From: the human T2T-CHM13v2.0 reference genome, Homo sapiens | Length of the DNA stretch: 64,000 nucleotides | Direction: 5' to 3' (one strand) | Assembly (NCBI RefSeq): GCF_009914755.1 | Contig: NC_060932.1 | In this document: positions 34,482 to 47,300 of the stretch, piece after piece | How positions within the stretch are numbered: position 1 is the first letter of the stretch | Layout: every line of letters starts with the position of its first letter | Position numbers and translations under genes: made by a program | The notes under the pieces: generated by a model | What the model was told of the DNA's origin: nothing | The model's database searches: none | The model's input: the letters and a program-made list of their open reading frames with translations, nothing else

Positions 34482-35877
34482 CTACCTTATCTCTCCTGCT
34501 TCACCTTCTCCTCCACATACTTCTGAAGGGCTCTTCTGCCTTCCTCTTCTGCTTTTTTCTAATTTTAATTTTTATTGATACATAATCATTGTATCTATTT
34601 AGGGATATATGTGATATTTTGACACATTTTCATACAATGTGTAATGATGAAATCAGGGTAATTAGGATATCATCATCTCAAACATTTATCATTTCTTTGT
34701 GTTGGAAACATTCTAAATCATTTATTCTAGCTATTTTGAAATATACAAATAAATTATTGTTGACTATAGTTACCCTACTGTGCTATCAAATGGTAGAATT
34801 TATTTCTTCTGTGTGACTATATTTTTGTTTCCATTAACCAACCTCTATTCATCCCTCCCTTCTCCCTACCCTTCTCAGCCTCTAGTAAACATCATTCTAC
34901 TCTCTACCTCCTTGAGATCAACTTAGCTCCCCTATTTGGGTGAGAACGTGTGATACTTGTCTTTCTGTGCCTGAATTATTTCACTTAACATAATGACTCT
35001 ATTTCCATTCATGTTGCTGCAAATTACAGATTTTATTCCTTTTTTGTGGAGGAATGATATTCCACTGTGTATACATATCACATTTTCTTTAACAGTCATC
35101 CATTGACAGATATTTAGATTGACTCCATATCTTGACCATTGTGAATACTGCTGTTATAAACATGAGAATGCAAATCTCTTTGATGTACTGACTTATTTTC
35201 TTATGGGTATATACCCAGCAGTGGAATTGCTGGATCATATGGTAGGCGTGTTTTCAGATTTTTGGGAAACCTCCATACTATTTTCCATAGTGGCTATACT
35301 AATTTATATTCCCAGCAACGGTGTATGAGTGGTCCCCTTTCTCCACATCGTTGCCAACATTTATTACTTTTTGTGTTTTTGAAAGTAGCCATTTAACAGG
35401 TGAGATAATATCTCATTGAGGTTTTGGTTTTCGTTTCCCTGACGATTAATGATGTTGAACATTTTTTCCTACACTTGTTGGCCATTTGTATGTCTTCTCT
35501 TGTGAAATGTCTATTCAGATCATTTTCCCTGTTTTAAATCAAATTATTTGTGGCTTTTTGCTATTGAGTTGTTAGATGTCTTTATGTAATCTGGTTATTA
35601 ATCCCTTATGAAATGGATAGTTTGCATATTCCTCCCCCTCCCCAATTCTGTAGGTTGTCTCTTCACTCTGCTGATTGTTTTCTTTGCTGTGCAAAAGCTT
35701 TTTAGCTCAATGTAATCCCATTTGTCTATGTTTGATTTTGTTGCCTGTGCTTTTGAGGTCTTATTTTTTTAAAAATTCTTTGCCTAGACCAATGTCCCGG
35801 AATGTTTCTCCAGTGTTTTCTTCTAGTAGTTTCATAGTTTTAGGTCTTACCTTTAAGTCTTAATCCATTTTGATTTA

Positions 35878-36190
35878 TTTTGTTTTTTTCAGAGGTAGAT
35901 TCTCACTCTGTCACCCAGGATGGAGTACAGGGGTGCTATCACAGCTCACTGCAAGTTTGACCTCCTGGAGTCATACAATCCTCCCACCTCAGCCTCCTGA
36001 GTAGCTGGGACTACAGGAATGTGCCATCGCTCCTGCTTAATGATTTTTTAAAAATATTTTAATTTTTCTTGAGACAGGGTCTTGCTATGTTGCCCAGGCT
36101 GGTTTTCCAAATTCCTGGGCTCAAATAATCCTCTCCCACCTCGGCCTCCCAAAGTGTTGGGATTACACGTATGAACCACCATGCCTAACC
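35878..36190 (-). mobile_element. AluJ
   Basis: Diverged dimer with AluJ-type ACAGCTCACTGCA..CCTGGGCTCAA. Confidence 0.88.
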
Positions 36191-36820
36191 TGATTTTTGC
36201 ATGTGGTAAGAGATGGAAGCACTATTTACTGAAAAGGGTGTCCTTTCCCTAATACATGTTTTTGGTACCTTTGTCAAAAATGAGTTGGCTGAAAATGCAT
36301 GGATTTATTTCTGAGTTTTAAAAATTGTGTTCCATTGGTCTGTGTGTCTGTCTGTTTTTATGCCAGCACCATGCTGTTTTGGTTACTATAACTTTGTAGT
36401 ATATTTTGAAGTCAGGTAGTGTGATGGCTCCAGCTTTGTTCTTTCTGCTCAGGATTGCTTTGATTACTCAAGGACTTTTGCAGTTCCATGTAAATTTTAG
36501 CATTTTTTTCTTTTTTCTTGAAGAATGTCATTGGTATTTTGATGGTGATTACAGTGAATCTATAGATTGCTTTGGGTAGTAAGGACATTTTAACAATACT
36601 AATCCATGAGCATAGGATATCTTTCCATTTATTTGATGTGTTCTCTTCAATTACTTTCACCAGTGTTTTATAGGTTTAATTGTAGGGATTTTTTTTCACT
36701 TCTTTGGTTAAATGTATGTCCAGTTTTTTAAACTTTTTATAGCTATCATAAATGAGATTGCTTTCTCAATTTCTTTTTCAGGTCATTTGCTGTTGGTGTA
36801 TAGAAATGCTACTGATTTTT

Positions 36821-37128
36821 TTTAAATTTTTTAAATTTTTTTTTTTGAGACAGGGTCTCACTCCAATGCTCAGGCTGGAATGCAGTAGTGTGATCTCATC
36901 TCACTGCAGCCTTGAACTCCCAGGCTTGGGTCATCCTCCCACTTCAGCCTTTCAAGTGTCTGGAACCACAGGGGTGTGGCACCATGCCTGGCTAATTTTT
37001 GAAATTTTTTGTAGAGGTGGCATTTCACCATGTTGCCCAACCTGGCCTCCAATTCCTGGGCTCAAGTGATCTGCCTACCTTGGCCTCTCAAAGTGCTGGG
37101 ATTACAGGTGTGAGCCATCAGGCCCATG
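36821..37128 (-). mobile_element. AluJ
   Basis: Diverged dimer; TSD CTGATTTTT on both sides. Confidence 0.88.
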
Positions 37129-37849
37129 CTGATTTTTGTATGTTGATTTTGTATCTCACAAATTTACTAAATACTTTATCAGTGCTAACAGTTTTTGTGT
37201 GTGGAATCTTTAGGGTTTTCTAAATATAGAATCATGTCATCTGTGACTAGGAATAATTTGATTTCTTCCTTTCCAATTTGGATGCCTTTTGTTGTTTTCT
37301 CTTGCCTAATTGCTCTGACTAGGACTTCCAGTAAATACTATGTTGAATAAAAGTGGAAAAAGTGGGCATCCTTATCTTATTCCAGATCTTAGAAGAAAGG
37401 CTATCAATTTTTCCCCATTCAGTGTGATGTTAGCTGTGGGTTCGTCATATATGACCTTTATTATTTTGAGGTATGTTCCTCCTATACCCAATTTGTGGAG
37501 ACCTCTTAATCATGAAGGTATGTCAAACTTTATCAAATGCTTTTTCAGCATCTATTTAAATAGAAGTTTTTTTGTTAACTTGGTTCTAGCTGTATGTTCT
37601 TAAATGATCTCATCTTAATTTTATGCTTATCTAAATGTAATATTTGACACAAATAAGCATGTAATGCTTGGTATCTGTTTTTCCAGAGGGTTATACAGAT
37701 TTAGTTGAGTTCAGGCTCAAGTCTTCATTTCTTAGTGAGGAAATCAAAAGCACCCTGAGAAACTTTTGCTTCAGATAACTCATGCCTGTAGCACTGTGAC
37801 CCTGTTTAGCCACATTGTCTGAAGAGTGAGTAATCAAAACTTGATAAGA

Positions 37850-38040
37850 CTTTATATATCATTCTCAAATATTAACATGCATAATAAAAACTGGGAAAAC
37901 TTATTGCATACAGATTCCTAGGCTCCACTCCTTCAGAGCCCCCCCATTCAGTAGATCTGGGAGAAATGGGAATATGAAATTTTTAAAGCACAACAGGTGA
38001 TCCTGATAGAGGTTGTTCTGGAAACCCATACTGGGAAAAG
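37850..38040. mobile_element. MER5-like hAT MITE
   Basis: ATTCTCAAA..CAGATTCCTAGGCTCCACTCC..ATTCAGTAGATCTGGG..CAGGTGATCCTGAT. Confidence 0.65.
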
Positions 38041-38100
38041 TAACTTTGAGATGGGTCAGGAATGGTAAAAATTAATTTTAGAAATTTGCCATGCCAGTGA

Positions 38101-38496
38101 GGCCTCCCAAAGTGTTGGGATTACAAGTATGAATCACCATGCCTGGCCTGGTTTTTGCATATGGTAAGAGATGGAAGTCTAGTTTTTATTCTTTTTGCAT
38201 GTGGATATCCAGTTTTTCCAGCACTATTTATTGAAAAGGGTGTCCTTTCCCTACTATATGTTTTTGGTACCTTTGTCAAAAATGAGTTGGCTGAAAATAC
38301 ATGGATTTATTTCTTAGCTTTAAAAATTGTGCTCCATTGGTCTGTGTGCCTGTTTACTTCTATGCCAGTACCATGCTGTTTTGGTTATTATAACTTTGTA
38401 GTATATTCTGAAGTCAGGTAGTGTGATGGCTCCAGCTTTGTTCTTTCTGCTCAGGATTGCTTTGATTATTCAAGGACTTTTGTGTTTCCATGTAAA
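38101..38496 (+). repeat. Local duplicate of 36143-36494 (AluJ 5' end plus L1MA)
   Basis: Reproduces the unique AluJ/L1MA junction and the following ~350 bp in the same orientation. Confidence 0.93.
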
Positions 38497-38539
38497 ATTG
38501 CTTCTCATCATGCAATGCTGAATCCCACTTGTTATATTT

Positions 38540-39840
38540 TTATTCATTCATTGATGCCTGAATTAAAGAATGTATTCATTAATTATTATTTGAGCACTCA
38601 TCATATGTTCCAGGTTATATATAGTAGGTTCTGGGACATAGCAGTGAACAAAACAGGCAAAAGTCCCCACCCTCCAGGAGCTATATTCTAGAGAAGTAGG
38701 ATATTCTCTAGACATTAAATAATATAAATAAACCATACATAGTCTCAGAAGGTGACAGGTGATATGGAGAAAAATAGACCAGGGAAGGATTATAGGCAGC
38801 ACCAGGGGAGAGAAAACAATTACCATTATCATTTTAAATAGGGGTAGTTCGATGTCATTTGAAAGACCACCAGGATGGCTAAATAGTAAAAAAGAGAGCT
38901 TCATTTGTGATATCAGCTTGCAAACCAGGAAAAGAAATTCTCCAAAATGTACTCAAGGTGCTTTCTGTTTGAAGAGGGGAAACACAGATTGGGTTTTATG
39001 CCTCAGAAGCTCTGTATTAGACAATAGAGTCATACATATTCAGTACGTTTGGGCTAAAAGCGATACAAATTTATAAAGGTAGCTGAGCACATGTGCAATG
39101 GATAAAGATATATGTAACATACATCCCAGGTTCATTTTGGGATTTAGCCTTAAAGTGAAGTGGACTTTGGTTCTTTACATCAAAAGGTGAAATATAGGAC
39201 ACAAAGACAGTTTGTGTGTAGCCTTTATAAACTGGCCAAAACTGTCTAGAGGTCAGTTGCTTATCAGAAAAACATATAAGGCTAGTCCTCTGTCCAGTAA
39301 GAGTTGGAGTGATCTGGGTTGTAAATCAGTTCTGACAATTTGTTAGATACCTGATAGCTCCGATTGTTAGGGAGTTTAACAAGAGTGTGGTTTTTCTTGT
39401 AGGGATTTAGAAATTTGCCATGTCAGCAAGGCCCTAAACCCCTGACCCATAGGTAGCATTTTGTTTCTTTAACCTTAAAGTCCATCTTAGTTTGTAAAGG
39501 GGCATCTATTTTGGTCTCTCAGATCAGGTGGGGAAGGCCTTACTGAGAAGGTGCTGCTGCAAGACCTGAAGGAGGTGAAGGAGGAAGTTGAGCGCAGAAG
39601 TATGACTGGTGGGATGTGCTGTGAACAGCGAGCTAGCCCATGTAGCTGGAACAGAGTCAGCAAGGGTGGGAGAAGTAGGAGATGAAGGGTAGCTGATGGT
39701 TATGGAACTTCCTGGACCAGTGTAATGACTTTGGCTTTTATTCTGGAGTGAGAGCTCATCTTTAAAATAGAGAAGCGCATAGATCTGATTTACAGTTTAA
39801 AAGAATCGCTCTGGCTGATGTATTGAAAGTAGATTCTAAA
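38540..39840 (-). mobile_element. L2 3' region split by an LTR
   Basis: TTCATTCATT..TATTTGAGCACT..CAGTGAACAAAACAG; resumes GGGAAGGCCTTACTGAGAAGGTG after the LTR. Confidence 0.75.
38853..39526 (-). mobile_element. ERV1 solo LTR, MER39-like
   Basis: Minus start TGATCTGAGAGACCAAAATAGATGCCCCTT; TG..CA termini; interrupts L2. Confidence 0.75.
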
Positions 39841-40249
39841 ACACCAAAATCTTTGTGTGTTTGTTAGGATTAGTCTAGGTTGCAGTCATAAGAGGTCCTA
39901 AACAGCAATGGCTTAGAAAAGACAGATTATTATTTCCCAAAGCAGTTTAGGTTGTGATCAGGACTGGTAAAATGATAACACAGCGTCAGGACTCTGTTAT
40001 TTGCATGGTACTTCCTACCTTTCCAGAGTCAAAAATGGCTCAGCCCCATGGCTGCAGGAAGACAGAAAGGGAAAGAGAGGGCATGCTGCCTTGCCTTTAA
40101 TTGTGACCTAGATGTTGAGAGAACATCTGTTTCACTCACAATGCGTTGGCTGGGACTCAGGTACATGGCATACCCAGTTGCAAGAGACACTGGGAAAGGA
40201 AGTCTTTCATGGTTGTATACCCAAATAAAACTGCTATTACTTAAGAACA

Positions 40250-40410
40250 GTAGCTCTCAATGTGTGGATCCTAAGCCAGCAGCATCAGGACTACCTAGCA
40301 GCTTCTTAGAAATGCAAATTCTTAGGCCCCACCCTAAATCCACTGATCAAAAACTCTGGGGATGGAATCCAGTGATCTTCATTTTAAGGAGCTCTCTAGG
40401 TGATTCTGGT
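40250..40410. mobile_element. MER5A
   Basis: CAGTAGCTCTCAATGTGTGG..CCAGCAGCATCAG..TTAGAAATGCAAATTCTTAGGCCCCACCC. Confidence 0.8.
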
Positions 40411-41606
40411 TTATGCTACAAGGAGGATAGAAGGAAGGAGACTTGTCAGGAAGAAAAGGAAGCACAGCTTTAAACTATTAATTCTTTCTTCCCTAATATA
40501 TTATCTAAAGGTGTGTGGATTTTCAGTGTAAATTATTAATTAAAAGAAGTTGAGTCTTAATATTAAGGATAAGATGCAACATTATTAGTCTCATTTTAGA
40601 CTGCAATAAGTATTTTTTTAAAATTTCTTTAGTATTGTGAAGGCTCCACCTGCAAAAGACTATGAAAGAAAAGTGAATGACAAAACATTGCTTCTATTTT
40701 CTTCTTAGGCTATATTTATTTTCCTGCTTTGTTTTCTTTGGTTTCCATTCCATCTTGTCAGAAAACTACTGTGTGTTGCCAGAGTTAATTCATATTTCTA
40801 AGATGTCTTAAATATCAACACACCATAATGAACAAATGAAAATTGCCATATCTGCCTGGAGAGAAAAAAAAAAATGTTTCCTGGGAAAGTCATTCAACTT
40901 TCCCCTATTTATAAATAGAGGACTGTCTTGTGCAGAGAACTCAGGAATTAAAGTTAAAAGAATGGAGTTGAAAGTCCAACAACAGGTCCACCTCTGAGAC
41001 TTTGGACAAGTTACCGGAGATTTGGACCAGAATTTGATTACCAGATAATCTTTAGTGCATGAAGCACTTTATGAACCAAAGAAGGATATCTCGTATTGAC
41101 AAAAGGGTATAATTTATCAAGAATATTATTAAAATCATGATGATAGTTTCAAAATATGTAACATAAAAACTGATATGGTTAAAATAAAAAATCCACATAT
41201 TGACAATCATCTAATGTGTCTTTAACATATGTTCTTCAGAAATCAACAGATCAAGTTGATATAAAACAAATTAAGTAGCACAAATGATTGCTCTGTGTTG
41301 AGATACCACAAATCAGAGGATACACACTATTTTCAGTCAATCCACATTCACAAACCTGAATATATAGTAAACACAAAATTTGGTATAACCCCCATTCAGA
41401 GAATACACATTATTTTTGCTCAGTCAACATTTAAAACTGACTATATTACCTACAAAAAATTTCTCAATAAGTCCCAAGCAGTTATATTCTTTGGGCACAG
41501 TGTAATAAAAGTAAAAATTAAAATAAAATAATACTAATAAATTACCCCATTAGTAACTTATATTAAAGAAGAAGTTAACAGCAGAAATTAAAAACTTTTA
41601 GAAATG

Positions 41607-44311
41607 CAGCCATACCTCATTTTCGGGGGGACTTGTTTTATTGTGCTTCACAGATATTGCATTTTTTAGCATATTAAAGTTTTGTGGCAACCCTGCATCG
41701 AGCAAGTCTATCAGTGCCATTTATCCAACATCATGTGCCCATTTCATGTCTCTGTGTCACATTTTGGTAATTTTCATAATATTTCAAACTTTTTGTTATT
41801 ATTATATTTGTAGTGGTGATCTATGATCAGTAATCTTTAATGTGACTCTTGTAATTGTTTTGGGGCACCACAAAGTGGTCCCATATACATGGCAAACTTT
41901 ATATATGTTGGGTGTGTTCTGACTACTCCACTCACTGGTCATTTCCCATCTCTCTCTCTCTCTTTTTAGGCATCTCTATTTTCCACAAAGCAATATTGAA
42001 GTTAGGCCAATTAATAACCCTACAATGGCTTCTAAGTGTTTGAGGGAAAGGAAGAGTTTCATGTCTCTCACTTGGAATCAAAAGCTAGAAATGATGAAGC
42101 TTAGAGAGAAAGGCATGTCAAAAGCCACCATGAGCTGAAACCTGGGTCTTTTGTGCCTAACAGCCAAGTTGTGAATGCAAAGGAAAGGTTCTTGGGAGAA
42201 ATTGAAAATGTTATTTGTGTGTTCACAAATGATAAGAATGAGAGCAAAACAACCTTATTTCTGATATGGAGAAAGTCCACGTGATCAGGATAGAAGGTCA
42301 AACCAGCCATAACATTCACTTAAGCCAAAGTCTAATCCAGGGCAAGAACCTAACTCTTTAAGTCTGTGAAGAGTGAGAGAGGTGAGGAAGCTGCAAAGAA
42401 AAGTTTAAAGCTAGCAGAGCTTGGTTCATGAGGTTTAAGGAAAAAAGCCATCTCCATAACATAAAAGTGCAAGGTTAGGCCATAAGTGCTGATAGGGAAG
42501 TTGCAGTAAGTTATCCAGAAGATCTACCTACAATCATTAATGAACATGACTATGCTAAACAATAGATTTTTTATGTAGATGAAACAGCCTTATCCTGTAT
42601 TAGAAGAAGAAGCCATATAAAACTCCCATAGCGAGTCAGGTGCGTTGGATCACACCTATAATCCCAGCACTTTGGGAGGCTAAGGCAGGAGGATCACTTG
42701 AGCCCAGGAGTTGAGGACCAGTCTGGGCAACATGGCAAAACCCAGTCTCTACCAAAAATATAAAAATTAGCCAGGTGTAGGGGCATGTGCCTGTAATCCC
42801 AGCTACTTGAGACTTGCGAGGCTGAGGTAGGAGACTCGCTTGAACCCAGGAGATCAAGGCTACAGTGAGCCATGATCATGCCACTGCTTTCCAGCCTGGG
42901 TGGAAGAGCAAGACTGTCTCAAAAAAAGAACAACAACAACAACAAACCCCCCCAAAACAAAAAGCTCTCATAGCTAAAGAGGAAAAGTCAATGACTGTCT
43001 TGTGAGGGGCTAATCCAGCTGGTGACTAAGTTGAAACCAGTGCTCCTTTACCATTCCAAAAATCCTAGGTCCGTTAAGAATTATGCTAAATCTACTCTTC
43101 CTTGTGCTACAAATGGATGACAGCACATCTGTTTAGAGCATCGTTGAGTGAATATTTTAAGCCCACTATTGATATCCACTACTCAGAAGAACAGATTCCT
43201 TTAAAAATATTAATGCTCATTGACATTGCACCTGGTCACTCAAGAGCCCTGATGGAGACGTACAAGGAGATTAACAATGTTTTCATGCCTGCTAACACAA
43301 CACCTATTCTGCAGCCCATGGATTAAGGAGTAATCTTGACATTCAAGTATTGTTATTTAAGAAATACATTTTGTAAGGCTATAGCTGCTACATACCATGG
43401 TTCCTCTGATGGACCTGAACAAAGTAAATTGAAATGACCTTCTGGAAAGGATTTACCATTCTAGATGCTATTAAAAACATTCATGGTTCATGGTAAAAGG
43501 TCAAAATATCCACATTAATTGAAGTTTAGAAGAAGCTGACTCTAACCCTCATGGATTACTTTGAAAGATTCAAGACTTCAGCAGAGGAAGTAACTGCAGA
43601 GACGTCTGGTGAACAACAAAAGAACTAGAATTAAAAGTGGAACTTAAAGATGTGACTGAATTGCTGAATCTCAGAATTGAACTATAATAGATGAGGAGTT
43701 GCTTCTTATGGATGAGCAAAGAAGGTGTTTTTTGAGATGGATTCAGCCTGGTGAAGAGGCTGTAAACATTGTTGAAGTGACAACAAAAGACTTAGAAGCT
43801 TACGTAAATGTATCTGATAAGGTGGTAGGGTTTGAGAGAGTTGACTTCAATTTTGAAAGACATGCTACTGTGGGTAATATACTATCAAATGGCATTGCAT
43901 CCTACAGAGAACTCTTTCAGAAAATAAACAACCAATACAACAAACTTTATTGTTATTTTGTTTTAAGAAACTGACACAGCCACCCCAATTTTCAACAACT
44001 ATGACCCAGTCAGCAGCCATCAACATGCAGCCAATAACATGGAGTCAAGACTCTCTACCAGCAAAAATATTAGGACTCACTGAAGGATTAGATGATTGTT
44101 AGCATTTTTTAGCAATTAAGTATTTTTAATTAAGGCATGTACATTATTTTTTACACGTAATGCTATTGCATACTTAACAGACTACGGCATAGTATATTAT
44201 AACTTTTATATGCACTGGAAAACCAAAAAACGTGTGTGACTTACTTAATTGCAATATTTGCTTTATTGCAGTGATCTGGAATTGACCCCAAAATATCTCT
44301 GATATTGCTTA
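41607..44311 (+). mobile_element. Tigger1 DNA transposon, near full-length, transposase decayed
   Basis: CAGCCATACCTC start; pogo-like DDE fragments ([32 protein letters not shown]); Tigger1 3' end. Confidence 0.92.
42635..42960 (+). mobile_element. AluJ nested in Tigger1
   Basis: GGATCACTTGAGCCCAGGAG left arm; degenerate TSD CTCCCATAGC/CTCTCATAGC. Confidence 0.88.
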
Positions 44312-47300
44312 TAATCTGCAATATCAAAACTTGTTTGAAACAGCCAAAACAGAGAAATATTTACAGCCTTGGTGCTTAAGATAATATTAAAAACATTGTT
44401 GCACTGCTTATATGATACGGAGAAAGATGAGGAATAAACTAAACATTTAAGTAAAGAAGCCAAACATGATTAATAAAGAAAATCCTTTAAAGAACAGTAA
44501 TTAAAAATCTAAATGCAACAACAAGCAGAAAACAAAACAGTAGACTTAATAAAATCAGAAGATTCTATGCAACATAGACAAAATGTTTGGTTAAGGACAA
44601 AAGAGGTGATGCAAACAAACTATATTAGGAATGAGAAAGATGACATAGATGGAATCATGAAAGGAATTTTAAAATAAAATAGTATAATAGTTTAAAACAA
44701 TTGATTGGAATATAGATTGGACGGACAATTTTCTAGGAAAATGTGAATTGCTAAATTTGAATCACAAAGGAAAAGAAAATTAAAACATACTAGTGACAAT
44801 TATGGTAATTAAAAATCGGTAAAAGATCTGCTCCCAAAAGAAGGCAAAGGATCTGGGTAGATTTCAAGGAATGATAAATTTTGATACTTTATACACTATC
44901 CCAAAGCATAGAGAGCTTTAGGAAAAAAGGATAATTTTTTAATTCACTCAAAAGGGTTAGCATCATACTAATATTTAAGCCATACAAGAATAGCACTAAA
45001 AAAAAGCCCATATGTTATAACTCATTTATAAAAGGAGGTGAAAAGTCTTAAATAAATTGTTAGTAAATAGAATACAAAGGTATCAAAAATATAAAACATA
45101 AAGACGTGAACTGATTCCAAGAATGAAATAATTATTTAACATTTGAAAAAATTATAAGTGCAATTCTTCAGAAAAGGTTTAAATATAATTACCTAGAAAC
45201 ATTCTAAGGACAATCCCCTAGACTCATTAATGCTACTATAACTTAATGAAATTTATACTCATGCCTTAATTTTTAAAAATCTATTTTAGCAAACAAAGGA
45301 AAAAAACACTTTCTTAGCTTGAAAAGGCTATTGACTATAAATCTACAGTAAGCATCATAATGTTGCAACATTGGAAACATTCCCAATACAATCAGGAATA
45401 AGACAAGAATTTATGCTATTACCACTACTATTCAAGCAGGGCTCCTAATAATGCAATATAATAAGAAAATTAAATAAAGGCAAAAAATATCATTATTAGC
45501 AGCCATAATGATTGCCTACTTAGAAATCAAAAGAGAATCAACTGAGAAGCTTTCACACCTAATAAGAGAGTTCAACAAGAAAAGCAGATATAGATAAGAA
45601 TGGTTAAATTTCACCAGCAATGGTCAAAATATTTATAATAACAATGAATTCAAAATAAGTACAGATAAACTTAATAAGAAATTTTCAAAACCTTTATGAA
45701 TAAAGCTATAAAACTTTACTGAACAAAGATAATACCTGAATAAATGGAGAAATATCCTGTGTTTATAAAAGGTAAGATTTACTACTTTAAAATTATACAT
45801 TAGCACCTATATATTTATAGATTATATATTTAATAAGTTGTAATAAAAATTGCAAGAGGATTTATCAATAGAACTTTAGATAATTCTAAAGGTCATCTGA
45901 GAAAAATACACAGAAATAGAAAACTTTTTGGGATAAAATAAGGAATGATTTCTACTCAATATGAAAACATATTATAAAGCTAGAAAGATTAAATCATTAA
46001 AGTATTATTTTAGAAACAGACAGATTAGTAGAACACAAGAGAGTCATAAAAATATTCATTTGTATGTGATATTTAGTTTATGGTAAAGAAAATTTGTTCT
46101 ATCAGTGAGCAAAAGATAGAGCTTTCAACAAATGGCACAGAGATGATTGGCAACCAAAGCAAGGGAAAAAATGGTTTTTAAATAACATCATGTACAAAAA
46201 TAAATTGCAGACACATTAAAAGGTTAAATATTAGAAAGAAATACAGGGGACAAGTTTTGTAATTTTGGTGGTTGGAAAGTCCTTACTATATAAGATTTAC
46301 AACCTAAAGACATAAAGGAAAAGACTGAGCTTTTACTACATTAAAATTAAAAGCTGCTGATCTATGAGTGATACCATAAACAAAGTAAAAAATAAAGCAA
46401 CACACGGAGCAAAACAGCAACATAGCTGTATTTATTGTTATCTATTTAAAAGGTGAAGATACATATTCACAGTGTATAATGTTTTATAAGCGTTTAGGAA
46501 AAAGACAAATAATATAATTGAAAAAATTGACAAAGACTGAACAAAAATTATATGCAGAAGAAATATAAATGTACATAAAAAATGTGAAAAATGATCAGTT
46601 TCATTAGTGTTCAAGAAAGGGCAAATTAATATACAAACAATTTTTTCTCATTAGATTGACAAAAATAATATTAAAAGTCAACAGATAACATTCAAAATTG
46701 AAGTATGGGCAAATTTCATATTCTCTGTGGTTATATAAATTGGGCTGACACTTTTAGAACACAAATTCCCAATATTTTGATTAGAGAAAATTTACAAATT
46801 TAGGTAGGTCTCACACCAGTTTTACTTCTGGAGGAGATGGAGGGTAAGATTGGAGAAGGGAGGAGAAAAAATACTCACTTTGTATACTTCTATATCACTG
46901 AATATTTTAGAGTAAGAATATCTTCATTACTTAATACTTATGTATTACTTAATGTATTTACTTTAAAAAATAATTGCATTGAGTTAGAACTGTCTACACA
47001 AATAGAAAATGCACCCAACTTGAAGCACAAATGTATTAATGAGAGTTCACTTTTGTGTCAAGTGAGGACACGTCCCTCTAGAATGTATAGCTTAGATTAC
47101 AAATTACCAAAATGTCATCTCATTTGTAAGAAAACACAAGACATGGTTTGCTCACAGTCTCTCTACTGCTACTGAAACTTTTGTAAACATTCTTTTTCCC
47201 TTTTAATGAACATAAATTCAACTTCTCTGTTGATTCCCAGAGACTCCTTAGTTGTTTCCACTGCATATGCCTCACTAAATCAGACTTCAGTTAATTAAAT

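Larger units (their letters stand above)
34555..37560 (-). mobile_element. L1MA (MA3/MA4-like), 5'-truncated, with two nested AluJ
   Basis: L1MA 3' end (ACAATGTGTAATGATGAAATCAGGGTAATTAGGATATC); degenerate ORF2 ([17 protein letters not shown]). Confidence 0.88.
41075..46930 (+). mobile_element. Highly degraded old L1M (ORF2 to 3' end) interrupted by Tigger1
   Basis: A-rich strand bias with colinear decayed ORF2 landmarks (e.g. AATCAGGAATAAGACAAGAA..ACCACTACTATTCAA; CCTGAATAAATGGAGAAATATCCTGTGTT). Confidence 0.75.

Noticed and set aside
40048-40473. 141-aa ORF
   Set aside because: Runs through MLT-like and MER5A repeat sequence; no recognisable domain
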